Shown: positions 10,348 through 20,488, counted from the stretch's first letter. The stretch is DNA of 64,000 bases from Pseudomonadota bacterium (GCA_023404095.1 JAEYDD010000053.1:4850-68849); one strand, 5' to 3'. Notes: generated by a model not told the origin, from the letters alone. A program made the numbers and translations.

Positions 10348-11334
10348 ATGGGAAGACTTGTAGACGGCGTATGGCAGGACGTCTGGTACGATACGAAGGC
10401 GACGAAGGGGCATTTCAAGCGGCAGCCCTCGCAATTTCGCAACTGGATCACCCCGGACGGAAGCGCCGGCCCGACCGGTGAAGGCGGCTTCAAGGCAGAG
10501 GCCGGGCGCTACCATCTCTATGTGTCGCTCGCCTGTCCCTGGGCGCACCGCACGCTGATCTTCCGCAATCTGAAGAAGCTTGACGACCTGGTCTCGGTAT
10601 CAATCGTTGATCCGGTGATGCTGTCGAGCGGCTGGGAGTTCAAAGGGGTGGATGGCGGCACTGTCGACCACCTCTTCGGGCTGGACGCGCTGTGGCAGGT
10701 CTATGTGAAGGCCGACCCGCACTATAACGGCCGCGTCACCGTTCCGCTGCTGTGGGACAAGAAACAGGGCAAGCCGGTCTCCAACGAATCCGCCGAGATC
10801 ATCCGCATGTTCAACTCTGCTTTCGACGGCGTCACGGGCTCCCGCGAGGACTACTATCCCCCCGCCCTGCGCGGCGAGATCGATGCGCTCAACGACCACA
10901 TCTACGACACCGTCAACAACGGGGTCTACAAGGCCGGCTTTGCAACCACGCAGGAAGCCTATGAGGAAAACGTCGTCAGGCTCTTTGCCACCCTCGACGA
11001 GCTGGAAGAGAAGCTCTCGACCCGCCGCTACCTAACCGGCGATCGGATCACCGAAGCCGACTGGCGGCTGTTCACCACGCTGGTCCGTTTCGATGCCGTC
11101 TATGTCGGCCACTTCAAATGCAACATCCGCCGCATCGCCGATTATCCGAACCTGTCCGGCTACCTGCGCGATCTCTACCAGGTGAAAGGCGTCGCCGAAA
11201 CGGTGAACATGCACCACATCAAGACGCACTACTATCGCAGCCACCTGACGATCAACCCGACCGGCATCGTGCCTGTCGGCCCGCAGCAGGATCTCACCGC
11301 CCCGCACGGGCGCGACAGCCTGCTGGCGGCCTGA
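10348..11334 (+). CDS. Glutathionyl-hydroquinone reductase (YqjG/ECM4-type GST)
   Basis: RYHLYVSLACPWAHR, GRVTVPLLWD, SNESAEI, VNNGVYKAGFA. Confidence 0.92.
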   Translation: MGRLVDGVWQDVWYDTKATKGHFKRQPSQFRNWITPDGSAGPTGEGGFKAEAGRYHLYVSLACPWAHRTLIFRNLKKLDDLVSVSIVDPVMLSSGWEFKGVDGGTVDHLFGLDALWQVYVKADPHYNGRVTVPLLWDKKQGKPVSNESAEIIRMFNSAFDGVTGSREDYYPPALRGEIDALNDHIYDTVNNGVYKAGFATTQEAYEENVVRLFATLDELEEKLSTRRYLTGDRITEADWRLFTTLVRFDAVYVGHFKCNIRRIADYPNLSGYLRDLYQVKGVAETVNMHHIKTHYYRSHLTINPTGIVPVGPQQDLTAPHGRDSLLAA

Positions 11335-11361
11335 GAGCGCGGGTTCCCGCCCCCTGCGCCG

Positions 11362-11853
11362 TTACCAGAAGTCGGCCGGCGTCGTGTTGCCGGCGACTTC
11401 CTCCAGCCGGCGGCGCGTCGCAGCCGTCACCCCCGCCGGCAGGTCGCCGAGCGCGAAGAACCGCGCCTCCACGATTTCCCGGTCCGCCGCCTTGGGAGCG
11501 CTCTGGCGAACGTTTCGGCAGATGTAGAAGAGCACGTGATCGCGCTTGCTGGTCTGCCTGTTGAAATAGACATGGAAGAGCTCCGGCGCGTCGCCGAAGA
11601 GAAGGTTGCCCTCTTCCCGCATCTCCTTGGCCAGCGCCTGCGGGGCGGTCTCGTGCCGCTCGACGCCGCCGCCCGGCATGTGCCAGCCGGGAACGTAGCT
11701 GTGGCGGACAAGGAAAATCCGACCTTCGGTATCGAAGCAGGCCGCGCGCACGCCGAGCGTCATCCCGCGCGCATAGGCAAAATAGGTGTGAATGGCGCGC
11801 GTGAAGAGGCGGGCCCACAGGTTGCGCATTTCCGGCGGTCGATCGCTGTCCAT
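11362..11853 (-). CDS. NUDIX hydrolase
   Basis: Nudix box variant PGGGVERHETAPQALAKEMREEG. Confidence 0.88.
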   Translation of the reverse strand: MDSDRPPEMRNLWARLFTRAIHTYFAYARGMTLGVRAACFDTEGRIFLVRHSYVPGWHMPGGGVERHETAPQALAKEMREEGNLLFGDAPELFHVYFNRQTSKRDHVLFYICRNVRQSAPKAADREIVEARFFALGDLPAGVTAATRRRLEEVAGNTTPADFW

Positions 11854-12046
11854 CTGCTCCCTTCGCCCGTCGTCTTTTCCCTCACCTCGCACGCGCTAGC
11901 CTTCGCCCCAAATCCAGCCGGAATCAATCCACCCGCATTGCCAGCCCCCGCATTGTCCACCCGCAAAGCGAAAAGCCGGACCGTCTTGGCAACGAATCCG
12001 GGCAGCCGGCATTCCCTTTGCGTCGCATCTTGGTCTATTGAGGGTC

Positions 12047-12961
12047 ATGTTCCGTCTCGCACATATTTCCGACATCCACCTGGGGCCCCTCCCCGCCCTG
12101 TCCGTTCTGGAACTGGCCTCGAAACGGATAACCGGCTTCGTCAACTGGCATCGAAACCGTAGGCGCCACCTGTTCGCAAACACGCTGGATCTTGTGACCG
12201 AAGATATCGAGCGCCGCGATCCGGATCATCTTGCGATCACCGGCGACCTCGTCAATCTCGCGGCCAAAATCGAGATAGACACCGTTGCCCGCTGGCTTGC
12301 CGTTGTCGGCAAGCCCGAAAACGTCTCCGTCGTGCCCGGAAACCACGACGCCTATGTGCCCGGCGCCTACGAGCGATCCACGCAGAGCTGGTACCCCTAC
12401 ATGCGCGGCGACGACGCGCCCATGGCCTGGACAGAAGACCGGCATGTGTTTCCCTATCTGCGCGTTCGCGACAATGTCGCACTGATCGGCTGTTCGACGG
12501 CGGTCGCCACGCCCCCTTTCGCCGCCAGCGGCTATTTCGGCAGGCGGCAGGCGCGCGAGACCGTCAATATCCTGCGCGCCGCAGGCGAAGCCGGCCTGTT
12601 CCGCGTCGTCATGATCCATCACCCGCCGATTCACGGGGCCACCTCCTTCCACAAACGCATGATCGGCATTCGCCGCTTTGCCGCAACGATATCGGCCGGC
12701 GGCGCCGAGCTGGTCCTGCACGGGCACACCCACCTCAACACCGTGCACTGGCTGAAGAGCCCCGCGGCTCCCGTACCGGTCGTCGGCATCTCCTCCGCCT
12801 CGCAGGGCCCGGGCGGCCACAAGCCGTCGGCAGGATACAACATCTTCTCGATTTCTGGTGGGCCGGGGCGCTGGAACATGATGCGCGAACGCTACGAAAT
12901 CGACCAGTTCGGCACCGATATCGTGCTGGCCGAGACCACGCGGTTCTCGACTGCGGAATAA
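12047..12961 (+). CDS. Metallophosphoesterase (calcineurin-like)
   Basis: HISDIH, ITGDL, PGNHD, HHPP, LHGHTH. Confidence 0.92.
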   Translation: MFRLAHISDIHLGPLPALSVLELASKRITGFVNWHRNRRRHLFANTLDLVTEDIERRDPDHLAITGDLVNLAAKIEIDTVARWLAVVGKPENVSVVPGNHDAYVPGAYERSTQSWYPYMRGDDAPMAWTEDRHVFPYLRVRDNVALIGCSTAVATPPFAASGYFGRRQARETVNILRAAGEAGLFRVVMIHHPPIHGATSFHKRMIGIRRFAATISAGGAELVLHGHTHLNTVHWLKSPAAPVPVVGISSASQGPGGHKPSAGYNIFSISGGPGRWNMMRERYEIDQFGTDIVLAETTRFSTAE

Positions 12962-13066
12962 ATCGCGAGGCGGCAGCGTCCAACAGGAGAATGCGTTTCC
13001 GTCGCCGGATGCCGGGCGGGAACGTCTTCTTCCGATCGGCAACTTCTCGTGGAAGGAACGCTCCTC

Positions 13067-13666
13067 ATGCCCGCCAAGCCCGCCACCCGTATGCCCCTTG
13101 CGGCAGCCCTGCTTTTGGCGTTCACGCCGATCGGCCAGGCATTCGCAGCAGACAGCGGCTCCGGCTCGCCGCCCACGCCCACACAGACGACGACCGCCTG
13201 CAGCAATGGCAAGATCTGGAGTGCGGCGCGCAAGATGTGCCTGACGCCGGAACAGATCAAGTCCGAGGAGAAAAAGAAGGGCTCGCAGAAGAAGAGCGAG
13301 CTGACGCCCGATGACATCCTCTATGAGGCCGCCCGCGAGTTCGCCTATTCGGGCCAATACCAGCACGCCCTTGAAACGCTGAAGGCGACGGAGAACCAGC
13401 GCGACCCGCGGATCCTCAACTATTACGGCTTCACCTATCGCAAGCTCGGCGACATGGACACCGCCATGTCCTACTACCGCCGCGCGCTGCAGGCCGACGA
13501 GAACTACATCCTCGCGCGCTCCTACATGGGACAGGCCCTGATCCAGCAGGGCGACATCGAAGGCGCCCGCGTCCAGCTCGTGGAGATCAGGGACCGCGGC
13601 GGCGAAGGCACCTGGGCCTATCGCGCCCTTCTGCAAGCCCTTGGCGGCGAACGCAGCCGATATTGA
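13067..13666 (+). CDS. Secreted tetratricopeptide-repeat protein
   Basis: Signal peptide ending AFA; TPR helices ILNYYGFTYRKLG..YRRALQ..ARSYMGQA; GAAGGA RBS. Confidence 0.85.
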   Translation: MPAKPATRMPLAAALLLAFTPIGQAFAADSGSGSPPTPTQTTTACSNGKIWSAARKMCLTPEQIKSEEKKKGSQKKSELTPDDILYEAAREFAYSGQYQHALETLKATENQRDPRILNYYGFTYRKLGDMDTAMSYYRRALQADENYILARSYMGQALIQQGDIEGARVQLVEIRDRGGEGTWAYRALLQALGGERSRY

Positions 13667-13882
13667 CCGCAAGCGTCGAAAAAAGTCGTCCGGGCCGGCG
13701 TGCAAGCGCCGGTCCTTTTGCTATCATGCGTCAGGGCTGGGCTGGAACGAGAGCGGAAGGCACCGAAGTTCCCTGCGCAGATCCCGCGCTTGCACAGGAG
13801 CGCGCAAATGTTCCATACCTGTGCGTCGAGCCCCGCAGAGTGCGAATACCGATCCGATCTCGAACGTTCCCTTGGGGAAGCA

Positions 13883-14401
13883 ATGCGTCCGACGGCAGAA
13901 ACAGACGAATTCCGGCGTGAACTGGTTGGACTTCTGCCGAAGCTGCGCCGTTTTGCGATGACTTTGACCAGAAATGCCAGCGATGCAGACGATCTCGTCC
14001 AGGAAGCCTGTGAACGCGCGATCACCCGCAGCCACCTCTGGAACGGAGAGGGACGGCTGGAGAGCTGGATTTATGCCATGACGCGCAACCTCTGGGTGGA
14101 CGAGGTCCGAAAGCGCAAGGTCCGCACGGGTTCGGGTACCGTCGATTTCGCCGAACAGGACGATCTCCACATCGAAGCGTCGGCAGACAAGGCCGTCTAC
14201 GCCAAGCAGTTGCACAAGTTGATCATGACCATGCCGGAGGGCCTCTCCAGCGTGTTTCTTCTCGTGAACGTGGAAGGGCACAGCTATCGCGAGGCCGCCG
14301 ACATTCTCGGCATCCCGATCGGAACCGTGATGAGCAGGTTGTCGACCGCCCGTATAAGACTGGCCGCGATGATATCCGAACAGACAGAGAGAAGGACCTG
14401 A
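13883..14401 (+). CDS. ECF RNA polymerase sigma factor (ECF26-like)
   Basis: LRRFAMTLTRNASDADDLVQE (region 2) and SYREAADILGIPIGTVMSRLSTAR (region 4). Confidence 0.93.
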   Translation: MRPTAETDEFRRELVGLLPKLRRFAMTLTRNASDADDLVQEACERAITRSHLWNGEGRLESWIYAMTRNLWVDEVRKRKVRTGSGTVDFAEQDDLHIEASADKAVYAKQLHKLIMTMPEGLSSVFLLVNVEGHSYREAADILGIPIGTVMSRLSTARIRLAAMISEQTERRT

Positions 14402-14404
14402 GCT

Positions 14405-15244
14405 TTGGAAAGCACGCAGGGTCTCCCGTTGGAAGTGCGCTTGTCGGCCTATCTGGACGGACAACTGAGCCACACCGAAATCCGGGAAATCGACGTCATG
14501 CTGGCGCGCGACGAAAAGGCGCGGACGCTCTTCAACCGACTGAAGCTCGGCAGTGACCTCGGCCGCAAGGCCTTTGAGGACATGCTGCACGAACCCGTCC
14601 CGCTGGACCTCGTCCGGAGCATCAAGCAGGCCTCGGCTGAGGCCGGCCACGACCGCGCACGTTCCCCCCTGTCGCCACCCTCCAAGGAGCCGCCGGCCAA
14701 GGACAGGCTATGGCGGCTGGCGGGCGCCGGGCTCGCCCTGCTCGCGGCCGGCATCGGTGCCGGCTACATCGCCGCCGCGTGGCAGAACCCCGTTGCCCCA
14801 CCGGTCCATATTGCCGTGGCACGCAACTGGCTGGACGACGTCGCCGACTACCACCGGCTCTATGCGCGCCAGTCCCGCCACCTCGTCGAGGTGCCCGCTT
14901 CCGAGAGCCAGCACATCACGCAATGGCTGACGACCGCGGTTGGTGTCGACTTCTCGATACCGGACCTGAGCGAGAAGGGCCTGACCTTCGAGGGTGCGCG
15001 CCTCCTCGTCGCCGGCAGCATGCCGACGGCACAGCTCATATACCGCGACCAGGACGGCGAGATCTTCGCCGTCTGTTTCCAGAAAAGCGAGCCCGTGCCG
15101 GAAATGACGGAGATGACCGACAGCATCCGCGACGACCTCGGCCTCGTTTCCTGGCAACGGGGCGCAGGCGCCTTCGTCGTCATCGGCCCCTCTTCTGACC
15201 CTCAGTTGGACGCGATCGCCACGACCGTCGCCGAGACGATCTGA
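14405..15244 (+). CDS. Transmembrane anti-sigma factor
   Basis: LSAYLDGQL, single TM, periplasmic HLVEVPA..IPDL..GARLL; TTG start 3 nt after the sigma stop. Confidence 0.9.
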   Translation: MESTQGLPLEVRLSAYLDGQLSHTEIREIDVMLARDEKARTLFNRLKLGSDLGRKAFEDMLHEPVPLDLVRSIKQASAEAGHDRARSPLSPPSKEPPAKDRLWRLAGAGLALLAAGIGAGYIAAAWQNPVAPPVHIAVARNWLDDVADYHRLYARQSRHLVEVPASESQHITQWLTTAVGVDFSIPDLSEKGLTFEGARLLVAGSMPTAQLIYRDQDGEIFAVCFQKSEPVPEMTEMTDSIRDDLGLVSWQRGAGAFVVIGPSSDPQLDAIATTVAETI

Positions 15245-15338
15245 CGCGCAGCTGCAACACACCTTATCGACACCCTCTGAACGCAAAAACGCCGCCCCGG
15301 CGTGCGGAGCGGCGTCAAATTTTCACCGGTCGGCTATA

Positions 15339-17048
15339 TCACCGGCCTGCTTCTTCCAGCACCCGGTTGGCCGCCGAGACGATCGCCTCCAGCGAGGCGG
15401 TCACGATGTTGGTGTTCATACCGACGCCGAAGAGCTTTCCGCCGGGATGGGCGATCTCGACATAGGCGATCGCCGCCGCATTCGAACCCTTCTGGAGCGA
15501 GTGTTCGGAATAGTCGACCACGGACATCTCGATGCCGGTATAGATCGAGAGCGCATGGATGAAGCCGTCGATCGGCCCGGTTCCCTGCCCCTCGATCCGC
15601 TTCGTTTCTCCGCGATCGGTGATCTCGGCCGCAACGATGCGCACGCCCTTATGCGCGGTGTCGGGATAGGTGTGATGGTCGACGAAGCGCAGGCGCGCAT
15701 CCGGCTGGCTCACGTAGCGCTCGACGAAGCGCTCGTAGATGCGCTGCGAAGGCAGTTCCACACCCTTTTCGTCAGTGATGCGCTGGATGTCCTCGCGGAA
15801 CTCGACCTGCAGGTTGCGCGGCAGGTTGATGCCGTGATCCTGCTGCAGGATGTAGGCGATGCCACCCTTGCCCGACTGTGAATTGATGCGGATGATCGCC
15901 TCGTAGGTACGTCCGACATCCTGCGGATCGATTGGCAGGTAAGGCACCTCCCACAGCGGCTTGTTGGCGGTCTTGATCGCCTTCATGCCCTTGTTGATCG
16001 CATCCTGGTGCGAGCCCGAGAAAGCGGTGTAGACCAGCTCGCCGACGTAAGGGTGGCGTTCGGGAATGACCATCTCGTTGGCGTATTCGTAGACCGCCTT
16101 GATGCGCTCGATGTCGCTGCAGTCGAGCCCGGGATCGACGCCCTGGGTATACATGTTCAGCGCCAGCGTCACGACGTCCACATTGCCGGTGCGCTCGCCG
16201 TTGCCGAACAGCGTGCCTTCGACGCGGTCCGCGCCCGCCATCAGGCCGAGCTCGGTCGCAGCGATGCCGGTGCCGCGGTCGTTGTGCGGGTGCAGCGATA
16301 TGATCAGGTTTTCGCGGTTGTCGAGCTTGCGGCACATCCATTCGATCTGGTCGGCATAGACGTTCGGCGTCGCCATCTCGACGGTCGACGGCAGGTTGAT
16401 GATCAGCTTGTTCTCCGCCGTCGGCCGCACGATCTCGGTGACCGCGTTGCAGATTTCCAGCGCCACCTCGAGCTCGGTACCGGTGAAGCTCTCCGGCGAG
16501 TACTCGAAGCGGTAGTCGCCGCCGGCCTTCGCAGCCATGTCGGTGATCATCTTGGCTGCGTCGGTGGCGATCTGCTTGATGCCGGCCACGTCCTTGGCGA
16601 ACACGACACGGCGCTGCAACTCGCTGGTCGAGTTGTAGAAATGGATGATTGGCCGCTTCGCGCCCTCGAGCGCCTCGAAGGTGCGGGTGATCAGCTCCGG
16701 CCGGCACTGGACAAGCACCTGCAACGAGACGTCGTGGGGGACGTTGCCCTGCTCGACGCACCAGCGGGCGAAGTCGAAGTCCGTCTGCGATGCGGACGGA
16801 AAGCCGATCTCGATTTCCTTGAAGTTCATGTCCAGCAGGAGCTGGAACATGCGTGCCTTGCGGTCATGGCCCATCGGGTTGACGAGCGACTGGTTGCCGT
16901 CGCGCAGGTCCACCGAACACCAGATCGGCGCCTTGTCGATGGTCTTGCCGGGCCAGGTGCGGTCAGGAATGTTGACCTGCGGATAGGGCTGGTATTTCAC
17001 GGCGGCGTTGCTCATGCCGCTCTTACGGGTGTCGATAGTGGTGCTCAT
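15339..17048 (-). CDS. leuA: 2-isopropylmalate synthase
   Basis: WCSVDLRDGNQ, SLHPHNDRG, GNGERTGN, AFSGSHQDAI, C-terminal regulatory GPID motif. Confidence 0.97.
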   Translation of the reverse strand: MSTTIDTRKSGMSNAAVKYQPYPQVNIPDRTWPGKTIDKAPIWCSVDLRDGNQSLVNPMGHDRKARMFQLLLDMNFKEIEIGFPSASQTDFDFARWCVEQGNVPHDVSLQVLVQCRPELITRTFEALEGAKRPIIHFYNSTSELQRRVVFAKDVAGIKQIATDAAKMITDMAAKAGGDYRFEYSPESFTGTELEVALEICNAVTEIVRPTAENKLIINLPSTVEMATPNVYADQIEWMCRKLDNRENLIISLHPHNDRGTGIAATELGLMAGADRVEGTLFGNGERTGNVDVVTLALNMYTQGVDPGLDCSDIERIKAVYEYANEMVIPERHPYVGELVYTAFSGSHQDAINKGMKAIKTANKPLWEVPYLPIDPQDVGRTYEAIIRINSQSGKGGIAYILQQDHGINLPRNLQVEFREDIQRITDEKGVELPSQRIYERFVERYVSQPDARLRFVDHHTYPDTAHKGVRIVAAEITDRGETKRIEGQGTGPIDGFIHALSIYTGIEMSVVDYSEHSLQKGSNAAAIAYVEIAHPGGKLFGVGMNTNIVTASLEAIVSAANRVLEEAGR

Positions 17049-17168
17049 GTGCCTGTCTCTTCTCGTCCCGGCTCTCGCATGCAGCCTCATAGCGGATCGA
17101 AGCTCGCTTGGCGACGGCGAAAGCAGCCCTTGATCGGGCGGTCGGGAAATTTACGATAGGGGTAATGC

Positions 17169-17214
17169 GAGGAGCACTTGTGCCGGCGGGCTTTTCGGCC
17201 GCCGGGCGCTCCTC
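17169..17214 (-). promoter_or_regulatory. Hairpin immediately after the leuA leader peptide (attenuator/sequestrator)
   Basis: GAGGAGC..CCGGCGG..CCGCCGG..GCTCCTC on the minus strand; no clear U-tract. Confidence 0.55.
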
Positions 17215-17338
17215 AAAGGACCCGGCAACCGCGCGTAAGGCCGAGAAGAAGGAGCGAGGTGAAGCTGCGCGCACGGTCACGCGCGGCCTGACGGCTGCGT
17301 GATATGCGTGCGACGATATGGCTTGCGCTCCTGGACAT
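17213..17338 (-). CDS. leuA leader peptide, 41 aa: MSRSASHIVARISRSRQAARDRARSFTSLLLLGLTRGCRVL
   Basis: Run of Leu codons CTC CTT CTT CTC GGC CTT upstream of leuA; promoter TTGCGC-N17-TATAAG ends 6 nt before the ATG. Confidence 0.75.
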   Translation of the reverse strand: MSRSASHIVARISRSRQAARDRARSFTSLLLLGLTRGCRVL

Positions 17339-17462
17339 GGCCGGCTTATAGCCGCGAACCCGCAGGGGCGCAAGTCGCGGCAAGATGATTTGTGAAAACC
17401 GCAGGCCGGGGATAGTCTTTGCCGATGGCGCCGATCGGCAGCCGCCGCAAGGGAAAGAAACG

Positions 17463-17663
17463 ATGAAGGTGCGCTACGCTATGCTGGCGATCCTGGCCGT
17501 GCTATCGGTCGGCTGTCAGTCGAATCCGCCGAGCCAGAAGACGCTCGACGCGACCAACTACTGCTTCCGTCGCTTCGGAGGCGCCTCAAACACCAACTAC
17601 GACAGCTGCGTCTATGCCCGCCAGATGGGCATGGAGGTCACACCTGCGACGGCCGGCTGGTAG
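17463..17663 (+). CDS. Small lipoprotein, 66 aa
   Basis: MKVRYAMLAILAVLSVG-C lipobox; purine-rich RBS; two further Cys; hairpin downstream. Confidence 0.7.
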   Translation: MKVRYAMLAILAVLSVGCQSNPPSQKTLDATNYCFRRFGGASNTNYDSCVYARQMGMEVTPATAGW

Positions 17664-17704
17664 CACCAAGCGGTCAGCGATTCTCAGTAGTCTCCCGGAA
17701 CGGC

Positions 17705-17734
17705 AAGGCCCTCCCGCTGTCACGGGAGGGCCTT
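17705..17734. terminator. Intrinsic terminator-like hairpin
   Basis: AAGGCCCTCCCG-ctgtca-CGGGAGGGCCTT. Confidence 0.65.
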
Positions 17735-17847
17735 CGTGATGTTTCGCCTGAGGCCTGCTCACCGGGGGCTGGTGTCCCAGAGCCCGGCGGCCGGCATCGT
17801 CACCCCGCGCCTGGTTGACCTGAGCATGGGCGCCCTGGGCACGAAGC

Positions 17848-18426
17848 TCAGATATCGGCCTGCGACGTGACGATCCGCGAGACGAGACCGTATTCGATCG
17901 CGTCCTTGGCCGACAGCCAGTAGTCGCGATCGGTGTCCTTGGCGATCTTCTCGATCGGCTGGCCGGTGGCGTCGGCGAAGATCTTGTTCAGGCGCTCGTT
18001 CATCTTGATGATCTCGCGTGCCTGGATTTCGATGTCCGATGCCATGCCGCGCGTGCCGCCCGACGGTTGGTGCAGCAAAAAGCGCGTGTTCGGCAGGCAG
18101 ATCCGCCGCTCCTTGGGAGCTGCGACATAGATCAGCGCGCCCGCCGAGGCGACCCAGCCCGTGCCGATCATCCACACCTTCGGCTTGATGAACTTGATCA
18201 TGTCGTGGATGCTGTCGCCGGATTCGACGTGGCCACCTGGCGAATTGACGAAGATGCGGATGTCCTCGTCGCTGGCGGCGGCGAGCGCCACGAGCTGCGA
18301 ATTGACCTTCTGCGCCAGTTCCTGGTTGATGCCGCCATAGATGAAGATCGAGCGCGACTTGAACAGGTTCGCCTCGGTTTCCTTGCCGAGCGGCAGCTCG
18401 GTCTTCTTGTCTTCTTCGTCGCTCAT
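17848..18426 (-). CDS. clpP: ATP-dependent Clp protease proteolytic subunit (stand-alone paralog)
   Basis: NSPGG, GWVASAG (Ser), LLHQPSGG (His), DTDRDYW (Asp). Confidence 0.95.
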   Translation of the reverse strand: MSDEEDKKTELPLGKETEANLFKSRSIFIYGGINQELAQKVNSQLVALAAASDEDIRIFVNSPGGHVESGDSIHDMIKFIKPKVWMIGTGWVASAGALIYVAAPKERRICLPNTRFLLHQPSGGTRGMASDIEIQAREIIKMNERLNKIFADATGQPIEKIAKDTDRDYWLSAKDAIEYGLVSRIVTSQADI

Positions 18427-18685
18427 CGGCAACTCTCCGCCTGTTATCTTATAGGTCTTGCCGCAGTCAGATAGTGCGACTCACGTGCCAAGACAATGCA
18501 ACAAAACGCTAGCCGGGCGATAGAGGCGCCAAACGCCAACGGGAAAAAGGGTAAACGGCGGATCGGGCGCGGTCGGGCTTGCGCATCTTTACGTATGGAC
18601 ACGGCCGTTCTCGCCCCTAAGATGCCGGATGTATTGACGAAACGAACCGGCCGACTCCCACGGCCGGGTTTACTCTGGGGACATT

Positions 18686-19264
18686 ATGTTCAGACGCCTT
18701 CTGCTCGCGCTCGGCTTGACCGTCGCATCGGCCGCTCCGGCCTTCGCCCACCTCAACCCGCAGGAACACGGTTCCTTCATGGCCGGGTTCTCCCATCCGC
18801 TGTTCGGCCTGGATCACATCCTCGTCATGGTCGCCGTCGGCCTGTGGGCGGCGCAGATCGGCGGAAGGGCGATGTGGGCGGTACCGGCGGCTTTCGTCGC
18901 GATGATGGCACTGGGCTTCGGCCTTGCCGTCGCGGGCGTCTCGCTGCCCTTCGTGGAGCCGGTGATCCTGGCTTCGGTCGTGACACTCGGACTGCTGGTC
19001 GCCATGGCCGTCCGCCTCGATCCTGCCACCTCCGCCGCGATCGTCGGCGTCTTCGCACTCTTCCACGGACACGCCCATGGCGGCGAGCTCGGCGTCGCCG
19101 GTGCACTGCCCTTTGCAACCGGCTTCGTGATCGCAACCGCGCTGCTGCATGTCGCCGGCATCGCGCTTGGCCTTGGTATCGCCCGGATCGCCGGCGGCCG
19201 GACCCTGACCCGCATTCTTGGCGCTGCCACAGCACTGGCAGGCGTTGCCCTCGCCTTCGGCTGA
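18686..19264 (+). CDS. HupE/UreJ family Ni/Co transporter
   Basis: Signal peptide AFA-H, HPLFGLDHIL, FHGHAHGGE, TALLH. Confidence 0.92.
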   Translation: MFRRLLLALGLTVASAAPAFAHLNPQEHGSFMAGFSHPLFGLDHILVMVAVGLWAAQIGGRAMWAVPAAFVAMMALGFGLAVAGVSLPFVEPVILASVVTLGLLVAMAVRLDPATSAAIVGVFALFHGHAHGGELGVAGALPFATGFVIATALLHVAGIALGLGIARIAGGRTLTRILGAATALAGVALAFG

Positions 19265-19479
19265 GCGCGCTGGTCTTTCATCGACGCTGCGGCCACCGCC
19301 GCAGCGTCGAGCCCCTCCCAACGCTTGCTGCCCGACACACGGTCTTGGTGCGTGGCGGCTTCACAAGCGCGAGATGAAGGCACTTAACGTTTTGAAATAA
19401 AGTATTTTTTAGAGTATACTGAAATTACGCCACACAACCCTGTGCGGCGCGAAAATGCCTCAGCAACGGAGGTTGCAGC

Positions 19480-19833
19480 ATGAACATGATGTCTGGACGG
19501 AGAGGTCAGGATCTGGTCACTCTGATCCTGGCGTTTTGCCTGTTCATCTCTCCCTGGGTCGTCGGTTTCTCCGCCGACCTGACGCCAAGCTGGAACGCCT
19601 GGATCGCCGCCATCGTCCTCGGCGCCTGCGCGATCATGACGCTTTCCGCCTTCGCGGAATGGGAGGAATGGGTAAACATGGTGATCGGCCTGTGGCTGAT
19701 CGCCTCGCCCTGGATGCTCGGCTTCATGGCCAATACGAACGCGATGTGGACGCATGTCATCCTAGGTATCTGCACCGCCGCTCTGTCGGCATGGGCAGTC
19801 TGGGACTTCCGCCACCCGCATTCGCACGCCTGA
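19480..19833 (+). CDS. SPW repeat membrane protein
   Basis: FISPWVVGF and LIASPWMLGF repeats, WEEWVN; GGAGG RBS. Confidence 0.88.
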   Translation: MNMMSGRRGQDLVTLILAFCLFISPWVVGFSADLTPSWNAWIAAIVLGACAIMTLSAFAEWEEWVNMVIGLWLIASPWMLGFMANTNAMWTHVILGICTAALSAWAVWDFRHPHSHA

Positions 19834-20023
19834 CGGCACCCGTCGGGCCGGAAACGGCCTGTCGGGAAATAACCGAGCAGGCGTTCCGGCCGAATGCGCC
19901 GAACGCCCCATGCCGGCGCCGCCCGCCGCAAACCGACGAGCGGCGCATTCTTTTGCCGGTCAATCCCCGCCCTGCGCTGCCAGATGTCCACCGCGGCCGC
20001 GCGCTTCGGCCTCTTTCGTAACG

Positions 20024-20488
20024 TCAGCCACGCCCGCGATAGGTCGGCACGCCCTGGTCCGGCAGCCAGACGCCATCGGGCACCGTCCCCGTCTGCCAGA
20101 ACACGTCGATCGGGATGCCGCCGCGCGGATACCAGTAAGCGCCGATCCTGAGCCACTTCGGGGCAAGCAGTTCCACCAGGCGCTTGGCGATATAGATCGA
20201 GCAGTCCTCGTGGAAGGCGCCGTGGTTGCGGAAGGAGTGCAGGAACAGCTTCAGCGACTTCGATTCCACCAGCGACGCATCGGGAATGTAGTCGATGACG
20301 ATATGGGCGAAATCGGGCTGGCCGGTCATCGGGCAGAGGGAGGTAAACTCCGGCGCGGTGAAACGCACGACATAGTCGGTCCCCTGGTTGCCGTTCGGCA
20401 CCTTTTCCAGCACCGCCTCCTCCGGGCTGGTCGGCAGATCGACGTTGCGGCCGAGTTGCGAAAGATTTGAAACGTCGGTCTTGCTCAT
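20024..20488 (-). CDS. queF: 7-cyano-7-deazaguanine reductase (preQ1 synthase)
   Basis: [33 protein letters not shown]. Confidence 0.97.
   Translation of the reverse strand: MSKTDVSNLSQLGRNVDLPTSPEEAVLEKVPNGNQGTDYVVRFTAPEFTSLCPMTGQPDFAHIVIDYIPDASLVESKSLKLFLHSFRNHGAFHEDCSIYIAKRLVELLAPKWLRIGAYWYPRGGIPIDVFWQTGTVPDGVWLPDQGVPTYRGRG

Noticed and set aside
12035..13705. 556-aa minus-strand ORF and similar long antisense ORFs (e.g. 465-1928, 26486-28021, 31870-33465, 41424-43052)
   Set aside because: Each overlaps well-supported genes on the opposite strand and reads as typical shadow translation.
18430..18685. Cobalamin riboswitch or NikR box before the HupE/UreJ gene
   Set aside because: No B12-box or GTATGA-N16-TCATAC match found; only a simple GC hairpin near 18650-18670.
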